A stretch of 64,000 bases of DNA from assembly GCA_041662245.1 (NCBI GenBank), contig JBAZSW010000004.1, positions 11,454 through 75,453 on the forward strand, given 5' to 3'. This document shows positions 28,590 to 39,776 of the stretch, piece after piece. Within the stretch, counting starts at the first letter, position 1. Each line of letters begins with the position of its first letter. Made by a program: the position numbers and the translations under genes. The notes under the pieces were generated by a model. The model worked only from the letters and a program-made list of their open reading frames with translations. It ran no database searches and had not been told where the DNA came from. Source of the DNA: Parcubacteria group bacterium (lineage in GTDB: Bacteria > Patescibacteriota > Minisyncoccia > Moranbacterales > UBA9337).

Positions 28590-29114
28590 TTAAAATGGAA
28601 CATCTTCAATCTTTATTTCTTCTTGTTCTTCATCTAGATTAATAGTGGGAATTTCCTCTTCCATTGCGGATACAGGAGTATTTTGAGCTGGAGCGGCAGT
28701 CGCTGGCGATACGTTACTTCTGGGTGATTGGGATTGATTCATTGGATTGCTAGCCGTTCTAGGGGCTCCATAACCACTTTGTCCTTGAGGTTTTGCACCA
28801 AATTGCATTTCGGTAGCCACTACCTCGGTTACTCTTCTCTCGACATTGTCTTTCCCTGTATAGCTTCTAGTTTGCAATCTTCCTTCAAAGAAAGCTTCTT
28901 GTCCTTTTACTAAATATTGTCCAGCAATCTCGGCTACTTTTCCGAAAAGAACAATATTATGAAATTCTGTAGTTTCTTGCTTTTGACCATTCTTATCAGT
29001 CCAATAGCTATTGGTAGCAAGACTAATGCTGGCTACGGTAGATCCCGTATTAGTAGTTCTAATTTCAGGATCACGAGTCAATCTTCCTACTAACGTCACT
29101 TTATTAATATTCAT
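28590..29114 (-). CDS. ssb: Single-stranded DNA-binding protein.
   Basis: OB-fold N-terminus (VTLVGRLTRDPEIRTT...TEFHNIVLFGKVAEIA), Gly/Gln/Pro-rich linker and acidic tail ending DVPF. Confidence 0.9.
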   Translation of the reverse strand: MNINKVTLVGRLTRDPEIRTTNTGSTVASISLATNSYWTDKNGQKQETTEFHNIVLFGKVAEIAGQYLVKGQEAFFEGRLQTRSYTGKDNVERRVTEVVATEMQFGAKPQGQSGYGAPRTASNPMNQSQSPRSNVSPATAAPAQNTPVSAMEEEIPTINLDEEQEEIKIEDVPF

Positions 29115-29173
29115 AATTTTGTTTTAAAAATAAATTGCATAATTATTTTTGCAATTTATTTTTATTTAAGAAA

Positions 29174-29815
29174 TTAGATGTTTAGAATTTCGTCTAATTT
29201 TTCATCAATATCATCTCCTAAAATTTCATCCTCTTCTTTTTTCTTAGCTTTTTTCTTTGGTTTTTCTGTTATTTCCTTTTTAGTTTCTTTAGCAACCTCC
29301 TCTTTATTTTCTTTGACTTTAACTACTTCAGTCTTTGTCTCTTCTTTCTTTTCTTCCTTGGCCTCAGTTACAACTTTTTCTACAGGAATAACTTCTTTTT
29401 TAGGAGCTTCCACCTTTTTCTCCTCTCTTCTTGTACCGGCTGTCATCGAAAACTGACCTTTGTTTTTCTCATCAGCAATTTCTAAATCTTTCAATGGTGG
29501 CAAATTATCAGTCTTAACCAACATAAATCTTAAAATATCTTGGTTGAATCTCAACTCTTTATTCATTTCTCCCATTATATCATAATCTAAAGACATTTCT
29601 TCTCTCTCATCCCTAGTGGGAACAGTAAATCTTCTAGCTACATAAGTCCCTCTGCTTTCTCCTTTGATAATATAACTCAATCTTCTTTTTCTTACAAATT
29701 CTCCTTCTGTAAAAGTTCCCTTGTGCTTTTCAATTATTTGCTCTACAATTGGTCTTATTTTATCCAAATTGGCCTCTTTAGATTCTCCAATTAGATAACA
29801 GATTTCATATTCCAT
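29174..29815 (-). CDS. rpsF: 30S ribosomal protein S6 with a long K/E-rich C-terminal extension.
   Basis: MEYEICYLIGESKEANL...HKGTFTEGEFVRKRRLSY S6 core. ~110-aa charged tail. Confidence 0.85.
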   Translation of the reverse strand: MEYEICYLIGESKEANLDKIRPIVEQIIEKHKGTFTEGEFVRKRRLSYIIKGESRGTYVARRFTVPTRDEREEMSLDYDIMGEMNKELRFNQDILRFMLVKTDNLPPLKDLEIADEKNKGQFSMTAGTRREEKKVEAPKKEVIPVEKVVTEAKEEKKEETKTEVVKVKENKEEVAKETKKEITEKPKKKAKKKEEDEILGDDIDEKLDEILNI

Positions 29816-29908
29816 ATTTTTCTACTTTTATACTAAATTAAACCAATTATTCCCATTCTCACAAAAACAGGATATGCTATAAATTTAATTAATTTAGTAT
29901 TAATTATT

Positions 29909-29957
29909 ATTTAAAAAATAAACTTACCAAAAGAAAGTCCCCTATTTGGTAAGTTTA
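29909..29957 (-). terminator. Rho-independent terminator downstream of rpoC (aaacttaccaaa..tttggtaagttt + T-tract on the minus strand).
   Basis: 11-bp stem aacttaccaaa/tttggtaagtt. On the coding (minus) strand it is followed by tattttttaaat. Confidence 0.6.
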
Positions 29958-30065
29958 TTAAACATCTTATCCTTTTTTAAAAAAGGCGAGATATTCTTAG
30001 GACTTTCTTAAATTGTAATAGACTAACACTATCAGTTATTCCAACGCTTGTCAACAAAAAGCTCT

Positions 30066-33000
30066 CTAACTTTCTCGAAAACCACTTCCTGCAGGGATAA
30101 GTCTTCCGATGATAACATTTTCCTTAAGACCTTTGAGCGTATCTTCCTTGCTTTCAATGGAGGCGTTAATTAATACTCTGGCAGTTTCAATAAATGAAGC
30201 AGCACTCAAGAATGATTCGGTGGATAAAGCCACTTTGGTAATTCCGAGAATCACAGGACTGCCTTGTGCTTTCTTTTTACTGTTCTTTTTGGCTTTTTCG
30301 TTTACTATTTCGTATCTTTCACGACTAACCACATCTCCCACTAACAGTTCAGTTTCTCCAGAATTTTCAATCTTAATTCTACTTAACATCTGCCTGATAA
30401 TAACCTCAATATGTTTATCGTTGATTCCTTCACCCTGAGAAGCGTAAATTTCCTGAATTTCTTTAACGATATAGCGATGCACTGCTTCATAGCCCATAAC
30501 CTTATAAAGTTTTTTAAGATCAATGTGTCCCTCAGACAAAATTGTACCTTGAGCAATTAATTCACCATTGGAAACTTTAACACTAGCATTAGCAGGAATT
30601 TGATATTCTTTTACATCACTCTTATCAGAAGTGGATTCAATTTTGATAATAGTATATTTTCCTCTTGCATCAGTTTCGATACTCCTAACTTTTCCATCTA
30701 CTTCGGAAATAAGAGCTTCTCCTTTAGGAGGACGTACTTCAAAAATTTCTTCAACACGAGGAAGACCTTGAGTAATATCTGAGCCGGCAACTCCTCCAAT
30801 ATGAAAGGTACGCATAGTAAGCTGAGTTCCTGGCTCTCCAATTGCTTGAGCGGCAACAATACCTACTGCTTCTCCCTTCTTTACCAATCCACCTCTTCCC
30901 AAATCCAATCCATAACATTTCTGACAAACACCCACTCTTGTTTTACAAGCCACAATACTTCTTATTTTAATCTTAGCAATGTTAGCTTTTTCAATTTCTT
31001 TAGCTTGTTCTCTAGTGGCCAATTCTCCTTTAGAGGCTAACTTCTTTTTAGTCTTTGGATCTAAAACATCCTCCAATAGAACTCTGCCTACTACTCGATC
31101 AGCAAAACTTTGTCCAATTCTATCAGAATCCTCTTTGTATAAATAAGTTCCTTCGCTATCGCCACAATCTTCTTCTCTAACTACAATATCTTGACTAACA
31201 TCTACTAAACGACGAGTCAAATAACCAGCGGTAGCAGTCCTAAGAGCTGTATCAGCCATACCTTTCCTTGCTCCATGAGTGGACATGAAATATTCCAATA
31301 CGTTAAGGCCTTCTTTAAAAGAACTCTTAACTGGAAGTTCCATAGTTTCTCCACTAGCATCTGCCATCAAACCTTTCATACCAGTCATCTGAACTACTAC
31401 TGATTCACTACCTCTAGCCTTAGAATAAACCATTGCATAAACTGGACCTTCTTTATCTAAAGATTCTCTAACTTTATCGGTGATTTTATTTTTGGCTTCA
31501 TTCCAAATTTCAATAGATTTATTTCTTTTTTCTTCAGCAGTCAAAAGTCCATCGTTATATTGGTCTAAAACAATTCCAATCTTATCTTCTGATTCTTGCA
31601 TGATAGCTCCTTTTTCTTTTGGCACTACAAGATCATCCATTCCCCAACTAATTCCAGATTTTCCAGCTGCTTTAAATCCTAAGTTTTTTACATTATCAAC
31701 AAATTCAGCTGTTTTTTCTTGTCCAACAGCTACTATCATTTTAGAAACTATTTTTTTTAATTCAGCCTTAGTCATCTCTGCATTTACAAATCTTAATTCC
31801 TCGGGCAAAAGTTCATTGAACATAATTCTACCAATAGAAGTTTCCAGCAATTCTCCATTAAAAATAACTTTCATTCTTGAATTAACCTTGGCGTAACCTA
31901 ATTGATATGACATCAAAGCTTCTTCAGGAGAAGAAAATGATTTAATTTCTGCCTTTTTATTTTCTTTGATATGAGTTAAATAATAAATACCTAAAACAAT
32001 ATCCAAAGTCGGAATAGTTATCGGATCACCACTGGCTGGTTTAAGAAGATTTTTTGAAGAAAGCATCATATTAGCACTCTCTTCTCGAGCTTTGTCAGTA
32101 AGAGGTACATGAACCGCCATTTGGTCTCCATCAAAATCAGCATTAAAAGCACTACATACCATTGGATGAAGTTGAATTGCTTTTCCCTCGATAAGCACCG
32201 GTTGAAAAGCTTGAATGGAAAGTCGATGTAAGGTGGGGGCACGATTTAGAAGTACATAATGTTTTCGAATAATATTATCCAAAATTTCATAAGCTACTTC
32301 TGTGTCGGTATCCACCATTCGACCAGCCATTCTAACATTATGCGCATATTCTTTTTCAATTAAATCATGAATAATGAAAGGCTTAAATAACTCCAAAGCC
32401 ATTTTCTTTGGTAAACCAACTTGGTGAAGTTTAAGTTGTGGTCCTACCACGATAACACTTCGTCCTGAATAATCAACTCTTTTTCCAAGTAAATTTTGTC
32501 TAAAACGACCTTGTTTTCCTTTTAATGAATCAGCTAAAGATCGAAGAGGTCTTTTTTGTCCTGTAGAAGCCGCTACTGAAGCATGCGAACGACGCATACT
32601 ATTGTCAAACAAAGAATCTACCGCCTCTTGAAGCATTCTTTTTTCATTTCTGGTAATAACTTCTGGCGCTCCTAGACTAATCAATTTCTTAAGACGATTA
32701 TTTCTATTAATAATTCTTCGATACAAATCATTTAAATCGCTAGTGGCGTATCTTCCACCATTAAGAGCCACCATCGGACGAAGATCTGGCGGAATAACTG
32801 GAATCACTGTTGGAAACATCCAATTTAATTCAAGAGTAGATTCCTTAAAACCTTGCAATAGTTTTATTCTTCTAAGAATTTTTTGATCTGTTGCTTTTCC
32901 GGCTTGAGCCAATTCTTTTTTAAGATAAATAATTGTGCTACCAATATCTAAATTTGACAAAAGTGTTCGAATCGCCTCAGCCCCGATTCCCGCTGTAAAA

Positions 33001-33650
33001 ACTTGTCCTGCCTGAGAAGAAAGATTAAAATAATCAATTTCTGACAAAACTTGAAACAATTTAAGATTTTTTACTTCATTGACGATATAATCGCATTGCC
33101 CTTTTAAATCTTCCAATGTAGCATTTAATTCAGCGCTATCCTTTCCTTCTTGCTTAGCTTTTTTGAATTTATTTTTGTATTCTCTTTTAGCTTGCTCAAT
33201 AAATTCTCTTCTTCTTTCTTCATCAATAGAAGTAACAATGTAAGCTGAAAAATAAACTACTCTTTCTAAATTTTGATAAGATAATCCCAAAGCTAAACCA
33301 ACTCGGGAAGGAACACTTCTGAGAAACCAAATATGAGAAACCGGAACAGCTAATTTAATATGTCCCATTCGTTCTCTTCTAACGTTTGATTTAGTAACTT
33401 CCACTCCGCATTTATCACACACTATTCCTTTATATCGAATTCTCTTGTATTTTCCGCAATAACATTCCCAATCCTTAGCAGGACCAAAAATTTTCTCACA
33501 GAAAAGACCGTCTTTTTCATAACGTTGAGTTCGATAATTAATAGTTTCTGGTTTAGTTACCTCTCCCCTAGACCAACCCATTATTTTATCTGGGCTAGCA
33601 AGACTTAGGCGAACACTTTTGAAATCGCTTACACCTGTATTGTTTTCCAT
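30066..33650 (-). CDS. rpoC: DNA-directed RNA polymerase subunit beta'.
   Basis: NADFDGDQM catalytic motif, zinc-binding CxxC pairs near the N-terminus, 1194 aa. Confidence 0.97.
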   Translation of the reverse strand: MENNTGVSDFKSVRLSLASPDKIMGWSRGEVTKPETINYRTQRYEKDGLFCEKIFGPAKDWECYCGKYKRIRYKGIVCDKCGVEVTKSNVRRERMGHIKLAVPVSHIWFLRSVPSRVGLALGLSYQNLERVVYFSAYIVTSIDEERRREFIEQAKREYKNKFKKAKQEGKDSAELNATLEDLKGQCDYIVNEVKNLKLFQVLSEIDYFNLSSQAGQVFTAGIGAEAIRTLLSNLDIGSTIIYLKKELAQAGKATDQKILRRIKLLQGFKESTLELNWMFPTVIPVIPPDLRPMVALNGGRYATSDLNDLYRRIINRNNRLKKLISLGAPEVITRNEKRMLQEAVDSLFDNSMRRSHASVAASTGQKRPLRSLADSLKGKQGRFRQNLLGKRVDYSGRSVIVVGPQLKLHQVGLPKKMALELFKPFIIHDLIEKEYAHNVRMAGRMVDTDTEVAYEILDNIIRKHYVLLNRAPTLHRLSIQAFQPVLIEGKAIQLHPMVCSAFNADFDGDQMAVHVPLTDKAREESANMMLSSKNLLKPASGDPITIPTLDIVLGIYYLTHIKENKKAEIKSFSSPEEALMSYQLGYAKVNSRMKVIFNGELLETSIGRIMFNELLPEELRFVNAEMTKAELKKIVSKMIVAVGQEKTAEFVDNVKNLGFKAAGKSGISWGMDDLVVPKEKGAIMQESEDKIGIVLDQYNDGLLTAEEKRNKSIEIWNEAKNKITDKVRESLDKEGPVYAMVYSKARGSESVVVQMTGMKGLMADASGETMELPVKSSFKEGLNVLEYFMSTHGARKGMADTALRTATAGYLTRRLVDVSQDIVVREEDCGDSEGTYLYKEDSDRIGQSFADRVVGRVLLEDVLDPKTKKKLASKGELATREQAKEIEKANIAKIKIRSIVACKTRVGVCQKCYGLDLGRGGLVKKGEAVGIVAAQAIGEPGTQLTMRTFHIGGVAGSDITQGLPRVEEIFEVRPPKGEALISEVDGKVRSIETDARGKYTIIKIESTSDKSDVKEYQIPANASVKVSNGELIAQGTILSEGHIDLKKLYKVMGYEAVHRYIVKEIQEIYASQGEGINDKHIEVIIRQMLSRIKIENSGETELLVGDVVSRERYEIVNEKAKKNSKKKAQGSPVILGITKVALSTESFLSAASFIETARVLINASIESKEDTLKGLKENVIIGRLIPAGSGFRES

Positions 33651-33737
33651 ACTTTTTTTGGAAAAGGTTAGTCAAAACCCAAATGGGTCAATTGAGCTAA
33701 CTTAAAATATTATGAGGTTATTTAAAATAAAGTTCTA

Positions 33738-36700
33738 TTATTTTATGTATTCTTCTGTCTCATTACTTTTTTTGATTCCAGTTAATTCCACATCCATACA
33801 AAGTCCTTTTAATTCATTTACCAAAACGTGGAATGAAGCTGGGATGCTTGGACTACTAATTCTTTCTCCTTTGATGATCGATTCATAAGCACTAGAACGA
33901 CCTCGAACATCATCTGATTTTATAGTCAACATTTCTTGTAATGAATAAGCAGCTCCATAACCTTCAAGCGCCCAAACTTCCATTTCTCCAAAACGCTGTC
34001 CACCAAATTGAGCTTTTCCTCCTAACGGTTGTTGGGTAATCAATGAGTAAGGTCCAATTGATCTCATGTGCATCTTATCATCGATAAGATGGTTGAGTTT
34101 CATTATATACATCATTCCCACAGTCGATTCGTTATCAAAATATTCTCCTGATTTTCCATCAATTAATCGAACTTTTCCATTTTCAGGAAGACCCGCTTTT
34201 TTTAATTCTCCTTTAATATCATCTTCACTTACTCCGTCTAATGCAGGTGTAGCTACTTTATAGCCCAATTTAGAAGCGGCCCAACCCATATGAATTTCCA
34301 AAATCTGACCAATGTTCATACGACTAGCTACTCCCAATGGATTTAAAATAACATCCATTGGAGTTCCGTCTGGAAGGTGTGGCATATCTTCGACAGGAGC
34401 AATTCTTGAAATAACACCTTTATTTCCATGACGACCAGCTAGTTTATCTCCCACAGCTACTCTTCGTAATTGAGCTACTGAAATTTGAATTTTCTTAATT
34501 ACTCCCGTAGATAATTTATCCCCTTGTTCACGAGAAAATATTCTTACATCCACAACTTTTCCATGTTTACCATGGGAAAGATATAAAGATGAGTCTTTTA
34601 CGTCTCGAGATTTTTCTCCGAAGATAGCACGTAACAACCTTTCTTCCGCAGTTAAATCTCCCTCTCCTTTGGGTGTAATTTTTCCCACAAGAATATCTCC
34701 CGAAACTACTTCTGCACCTACTCTAATAATTCCTTCTTGATCCAAATTTTTTAATCTATCTTCTCCGATATTTGGAATATCCCTAGTTACTACCTCTGGT
34801 CCTAACTTTGTGTCTCGCACATCAATTGCAAAATCTTCTATATGAATAGAGCTGTATCTATCATCATGCAATAATCTTTCTGAAAGAATAATTGCATCTT
34901 CAAAGTTGTAACCTTCCCAAGGAATAAAAGCAGTTAATACATTTTGACCCAAAGCAATTTCTCCATTATCAGTAGAAGCTCCATCAGCTAATAATTGACC
35001 TTTCTCTACTACGTCTCCCACAGTCACTCGAGGGATTTGATTCATACTGGTAAAAGCGTTGGATTTAGCAAAACTTTGCAAAACATATTCTCTTTTGTAA
35101 TATTTATTTTTTGCGCCAGCTGGATTTTCTTCTTTTACAATCACTCTACTTGCATCAGCTACAATAACTTCTCCATCACGAATCGCCAAAACAACTTGTC
35201 CACTATCAGCAGCAGCCTTATCTTCGATTCCTGTTCCTACGATTGGAGCTTCCGGTTTAACACAAGACACCGCTTGACGTTGCATATTTGATCCCATCAA
35301 TGCACGGTTGGCATCATCATGCTCCAAAAAAGGAATCATGGAAGTAGCCACAGAAATACATTGTTTAGCAGACACATCTACAAAATCTAAATTTTCGGCG
35401 TCAATCATTGAAGGATGTCCTTTAACACGAGCTTCAACATTTTTGGTCAAAATGTTTCCATGATCATCAGTCTTAATTCCGGCATGAGCAATACTTTTTC
35501 TGTCTTCTACTGTTGCATCAATAAATTCAATTTTTTCTGTAATAAAAGGAACAACCTTAATAGATTCTTTTTTAGTTTTAACGATTTCCTTGGCAAGTTT
35601 AGTATCAATTTTATCACCCTTTTTTCCTACGCCGGAAATATTTTCATCTAAAATTCTATTTTCAAGTAATTCAATTTCATTTTTTGAATATTTTTCCACT
35701 TTTAGATAAGGGGTTTCTAAAAATCCGTATTTATTTATTCTAGCATAAGTCGCCATTTGCCCCACCAAACCAATATTTGGACCTTCTGGAGTTTGCACAG
35801 GGCAAATTCTTCCATAATGAGAATGATGCACATCTCGCACTTCAAACCCAGCTCTTTCTCGAGTTAAACCCCCAGGACCCATGGCACTTAATCTTCTTTT
35901 GTGCTCCAGCTCTGCAAGTGGATTAACCTGATCCATAAATTGAGACAACTGTGAACTAGAAAAAAATTCCTTAATTGCAGCTGCTACGGGTCGAGAATTT
36001 ACAATTTGTCCTGGGACAACTGTTTCGATATCACAAGTACTCATTCTATCTTTAGCATTCCTCGCCATTCTCGCCATTCCTACTCTTAATTTGTTTTGAA
36101 TTAGTTCTCCTACTCCTCTTACTCTTCTATTTCCTAAATGATCAATATCATCAGCTTGAGCTAGAGGGTCATTATTAAGTCTAATAATTTCCTTAATTAT
36201 TAAAATCAAATCTTCCACCATCAAAACCCTATTCTCTTTTTCATCAGAAAGACTAACTTCCAAACGTTGATTAAGTCGATATCTTCCCACGCTACCAAAA
36301 TCATATTTATCAAAATCAAAAAACATCGAATCAATCATCTGCTTCGCATTTTCCTCTGTAGCAAAATCTCCTGGTCGCACTCTTTTATAAATTTCTTTAT
36401 AACTCTCCCCTGCAGTTTTGGAGATATCTTTTCTTAAAGTTGTTTCAATATAATCAATATCACCTTTGTTAATATCAGCAAAAACTTTTCTCATTACACT
36501 ATCACTTTGTCCGAAAGCGCGTAAAAGAGAAGTTATTGGCAATTTCCTTTTTCTGTCTATTTTAACAGAGATTACCCCATCATAATCTGTATCGATTTCC
36601 AACCATGCTCCCCTATTGGGGATAATTTTCGCTCCAAAAGTTTTCTTTCCCTTTTGATAATCCATTGTAAAAAACACACCGGGGCTTCGAATAAGTTGGT

Positions 36701-37178
36701 GAACTACTACTCTTTCAACACCATTGATTATAAAAGTTCCTCTGTCAGTCATGATTGGGAAGTCTCCCAAATAAATTTCTTGATCTCTAATTTCTCCTGT
36801 CTTTTTTATAAGTAGCGATGCTCTTGCCTTTAGCGGAGCTTCAAAAGAAATATTCTTTTCTTTTGAAACTGATTCCACATATTTCGGTTCGTCTAAATAA
36901 AAACCTGAAATGTTAACCTCCAAATTTCCAGAATTATCTTTGACTGGATTAATTTCGTCTATTAGGTCTTGAAAACCTTTCTCCAAAAACCAATCATAAG
37001 AATCTGTTTGAGATTCAATTAGGTTCGGAAGAGAAACCATAAAATTCTTTTTAAAGAATTTTCTCTTGGATAGAGATGATGATGAACCTATCCTTTTTTT
37101 CACCTTTAGTTCCTTCTTACTTTTAGACATAAAAACAATTCCCATAACAACTCTTTGCGCATTAACAAAAAGAGTCAT
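33738..37178 (-). CDS. rpoB: DNA-directed RNA polymerase subunit beta. The start is probably an internal Met (MSKSKK.. or MVSLPNL..) rather than 37178.
   Basis: Conserved rpoB blocks (GEMEVWALEGYGAA, RMNIGQILE, GGQRFGEME). 1146-aa ORF. Confidence 0.97.
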   Translation of the reverse strand: MTLFVNAQRVVMGIVFMSKSKKELKVKKRIGSSSSLSKRKFFKKNFMVSLPNLIESQTDSYDWFLEKGFQDLIDEINPVKDNSGNLEVNISGFYLDEPKYVESVSKEKNISFEAPLKARASLLIKKTGEIRDQEIYLGDFPIMTDRGTFIINGVERVVVHQLIRSPGVFFTMDYQKGKKTFGAKIIPNRGAWLEIDTDYDGVISVKIDRKRKLPITSLLRAFGQSDSVMRKVFADINKGDIDYIETTLRKDISKTAGESYKEIYKRVRPGDFATEENAKQMIDSMFFDFDKYDFGSVGRYRLNQRLEVSLSDEKENRVLMVEDLILIIKEIIRLNNDPLAQADDIDHLGNRRVRGVGELIQNKLRVGMARMARNAKDRMSTCDIETVVPGQIVNSRPVAAAIKEFFSSSQLSQFMDQVNPLAELEHKRRLSAMGPGGLTRERAGFEVRDVHHSHYGRICPVQTPEGPNIGLVGQMATYARINKYGFLETPYLKVEKYSKNEIELLENRILDENISGVGKKGDKIDTKLAKEIVKTKKESIKVVPFITEKIEFIDATVEDRKSIAHAGIKTDDHGNILTKNVEARVKGHPSMIDAENLDFVDVSAKQCISVATSMIPFLEHDDANRALMGSNMQRQAVSCVKPEAPIVGTGIEDKAAADSGQVVLAIRDGEVIVADASRVIVKEENPAGAKNKYYKREYVLQSFAKSNAFTSMNQIPRVTVGDVVEKGQLLADGASTDNGEIALGQNVLTAFIPWEGYNFEDAIILSERLLHDDRYSSIHIEDFAIDVRDTKLGPEVVTRDIPNIGEDRLKNLDQEGIIRVGAEVVSGDILVGKITPKGEGDLTAEERLLRAIFGEKSRDVKDSSLYLSHGKHGKVVDVRIFSREQGDKLSTGVIKKIQISVAQLRRVAVGDKLAGRHGNKGVISRIAPVEDMPHLPDGTPMDVILNPLGVASRMNIGQILEIHMGWAASKLGYKVATPALDGVSEDDIKGELKKAGLPENGKVRLIDGKSGEYFDNESTVGMMYIMKLNHLIDDKMHMRSIGPYSLITQQPLGGKAQFGGQRFGEMEVWALEGYGAAYSLQEMLTIKSDDVRGRSSAYESIIKGERISSPSIPASFHVLVNELKGLCMDVELTGIKKSNETEEYIK

Positions 37179-37408
37179 CTAATGAGTTTTAAAATAAGTT
37201 ATTTAATTGTCTTTTCGATATATATAATTCATTGGATATCTACAGAGTTAAGTATACATTATTTATATATGGTGTCAACTCTAAATATCTTTACAAAATA
37301 ATAATCATAATAAATTATAAATAGAACAACCTCGAAGATCACAAAAAATAGTTTTTATTCACTTAATTCGATGTTTAGCAAGAATGAGCCCTTAATTTTA
37401 AATTAGTC

Positions 37409-38482
37409 CTATTTTTCAACAAGAACTTCCACCCCTGGCATTGGTTCACCACTTAAAAATTCCAGCATCGCACCACCTCCAGTAGAAACAAAAGAAAGCT
37501 CATGTTCCAATCCGCTTTCATTAACTGCCTGCACAGACTCTCCTCCTCCGATTACTGAAAAAGCGCCACTAGCAGAAATAGCTTCGAGAATTTTTCGCGT
37601 GCCATTGTCATAAGGCTTTTTTTCAAACAGCCCCATTGGTCCATTCCAAACAATAGTTTCAGCATGAGAAATAATTTCGCAAAATTTTTCAATAGTTTTT
37701 TCTCCAATATCTAATCTTCCCTCATTGGCAAAATCAAAAGGTAAAACAACTTTAGAATCAAATTGCATACCCCCATCAATCGCTTCATTAGCAATTTTTC
37801 CTCCCACCAGAATAAAATCATAATTTTTGACAAATGAACTTATCAGGGGAAGTTTGGTTTCAATTTTTGCTCCTCCAATAATAGCTACCGCAGGATGTTC
37901 GGGATGATCTTTTACTTTAGATAAATTTTCTACTTCTTTTTGGAATTGAAATCCTGCGTAAGAAGGCAACTTTTGGGCCACCCCCACAGTTGAAACATAA
38001 CCTCGATGTGAATCGCTAAAAGATTCATTGACAAAAATATCAAAATTTTCTGCTAATCTAGTAGAAAAATTTTCATCATTTTCACTTTCTTCTTTATAAA
38101 ATTTTATATTTTCCAACAAAAAAACATCATATTCACCAGCAAATTGCATTCGGTGCTTTTTAATCACATTAGAATCACAACTAGGAATCAGCTTTATTTT
38201 TAGACTCAATATTTTTCCAATTTCTTTAATTATATTGTTAAAAGAAAACATTGTCATCCATTCTAATCCGTGATGCTCTTTTTGATATTCTTCTGGGCGA
38301 CCAAGATTTGACATCATGGTTACCTTTCCTCCCTGAGCAATAATATAATTTATAGTTTCTTTAACTGTTTCAATTTTATATGGCTCCTTAATAACATTTC
38401 CTTCGTAAGGAACATTAAAACTCACTCGCACTAAAACTTCCTTTCCTTTTAAATTAGCATCTTGTATTTTTCTAATTTTCAT
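37409..38482 (-). CDS. pgk: Phosphoglycerate kinase (compact form).
   Basis: N-terminal LKGKEVLVRVSFNVP and the C-terminal nucleotide-binding GGGA motif region. 357 aa. Confidence 0.88.
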   Translation of the reverse strand: MKIRKIQDANLKGKEVLVRVSFNVPYEGNVIKEPYKIETVKETINYIIAQGGKVTMMSNLGRPEEYQKEHHGLEWMTMFSFNNIIKEIGKILSLKIKLIPSCDSNVIKKHRMQFAGEYDVFLLENIKFYKEESENDENFSTRLAENFDIFVNESFSDSHRGYVSTVGVAQKLPSYAGFQFQKEVENLSKVKDHPEHPAVAIIGGAKIETKLPLISSFVKNYDFILVGGKIANEAIDGGMQFDSKVVLPFDFANEGRLDIGEKTIEKFCEIISHAETIVWNGPMGLFEKKPYDNGTRKILEAISASGAFSVIGGGESVQAVNESGLEHELSFVSTGGGAMLEFLSGEPMPGVEVLVEK

Positions 38483-38506
38483 GGTGTTGTTTTTATTTTT
38501 TATTAT

Positions 38507-38660
38507 TCAGTTAACGAGTTAACGGATTAACGAGTTATTTTGTAATTTTTTTATTAGTTAATTTTATATAAAACTTTTTAATATTTAGCACTTAGCAATA
38601 AAATTGTATATTAATTTTTGGATTTTCATAATTCGTTAACTCGTTAATGCGTTAACTCCA
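38507..38660. repeat. Inverted repeats gttaacgagttaacgg / cgttaactcgttaa bracketing the ~95-nt AT-rich pgk upstream region.
   Basis: cagttaacgagttaacggattaacgagtta (38507-38536) versus aattcgttaactcgttaatgcgttaactc (38631-38660), imperfect reverse complements. Confidence 0.6.
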
Positions 38661-38678
38661 TAATCATAAATTTAAATA

Positions 38679-39776
38679 TTAATCCATCCCCAATATCCCC
38701 ACAATCACCCCAATTACTGCACAAACAATAGCAAAAATCCACGCTCGCATCACTACCTTTGGTTCAGGCCAACCTTTAGCTTCAAAATGATGATGAATAG
38801 GCGCTGCTAAAAAAACTTTCCGACCAAAAAACTTCTTGCTTGTTAGTTGAATCACGACGCTACCACTTTCCAAAACATAAATAAAAACAATAATCAAAAG
38901 GGGAATGATTGAATTATTAAGCATCGCCACTACTCCCAATGTCGTTCCCAGTGCCATCGCCCCCGTGTCCCCCATAAAAAAACGAGCAGGATAAATATTA
39001 AACCAAAGAAAAGCCAAAAGCGCTCCTGAAATCGCCGCACAAAAAGCTGCCAAATCAATTTTATTTTGAGCAAAAGAAATAATAGCAAAAGATGAGAAAG
39101 CCATAAAAAGCACTCCTCCATTTAGTCCATCTAACCCATCTGTTTCATTAGAAGAAATAGCGGTAAATAAAATTATAAAAATAAAAACCAAAATATACCA
39201 CCATCCAATATGAAAATCTCCAATAGCACTTAAATGTATCTTACTCATATTAAGTTTGTAAAAAAACCACCACGCTCCTAAAAAAGCAATTGATAAAAGC
39301 CACCAAAATCTCATCGCAAATCTCATTCCTCCACCCTTATTTGAGCCGATACCCTTAACACTCATAAAATCATCAAATAATCCCAATATGCCAGCAGTCA
39401 CCAAAACAAAAAGAGGAACCCAAGTTTGAGCACGACTCAAAAAATCAAGTCGAGCAACAAAATTGATATTTGTCCATTTGGCGAGAGTTGGAAAAAAATA
39501 TTCAGAAATAATTATTAAAATAAAAACTGTCACCCATACTATTAACCCTCCCATCGTAGGGGTCCCAGACTTACAAGCATGCATTTTATTGACAAAAGTT
39601 AGTTTTTTTCCATCAACAGAATTTTCTTTAATCTTTATTCCTATTTTATATTTGTATAAAATATTGGTCCAAATCGGAGTAATTAAAAAAGCCAGCACGA
39701 AAGCCAGCATCCCTGTGAAAAGAATTTTTATTACGTTAACCACTTCTGGAATAGTTTGAATTTGAGCGATAACCAT
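38679..39776 (-). CDS. mraY: Phospho-N-acetylmuramoyl-pentapeptide-transferase.
   Basis: KSGTPTMGG, NETDGLDGL and MGDTGAMALG motifs. 10 TM helices. Confidence 0.93.
   Translation of the reverse strand: MVIAQIQTIPEVVNVIKILFTGMLAFVLAFLITPIWTNILYKYKIGIKIKENSVDGKKLTFVNKMHACKSGTPTMGGLIVWVTVFILIIISEYFFPTLAKWTNINFVARLDFLSRAQTWVPLFVLVTAGILGLFDDFMSVKGIGSNKGGGMRFAMRFWWLLSIAFLGAWWFFYKLNMSKIHLSAIGDFHIGWWYILVFIFIILFTAISSNETDGLDGLNGGVLFMAFSSFAIISFAQNKIDLAAFCAAISGALLAFLWFNIYPARFFMGDTGAMALGTTLGVVAMLNNSIIPLLIIVFIYVLESGSVVIQLTSKKFFGRKVFLAAPIHHHFEAKGWPEPKVVMRAWIFAIVCAVIGVIVGILGMD

Noticed and set aside
30066-37178. Alternative genetic code (UGA recoding, as in some candidate phyla)
   Set aside because: rpoB (1146 aa) and rpoC (1194 aa) translate as single uninterrupted ORFs in the standard code, so there is no evidence for stop-codon reassignment.
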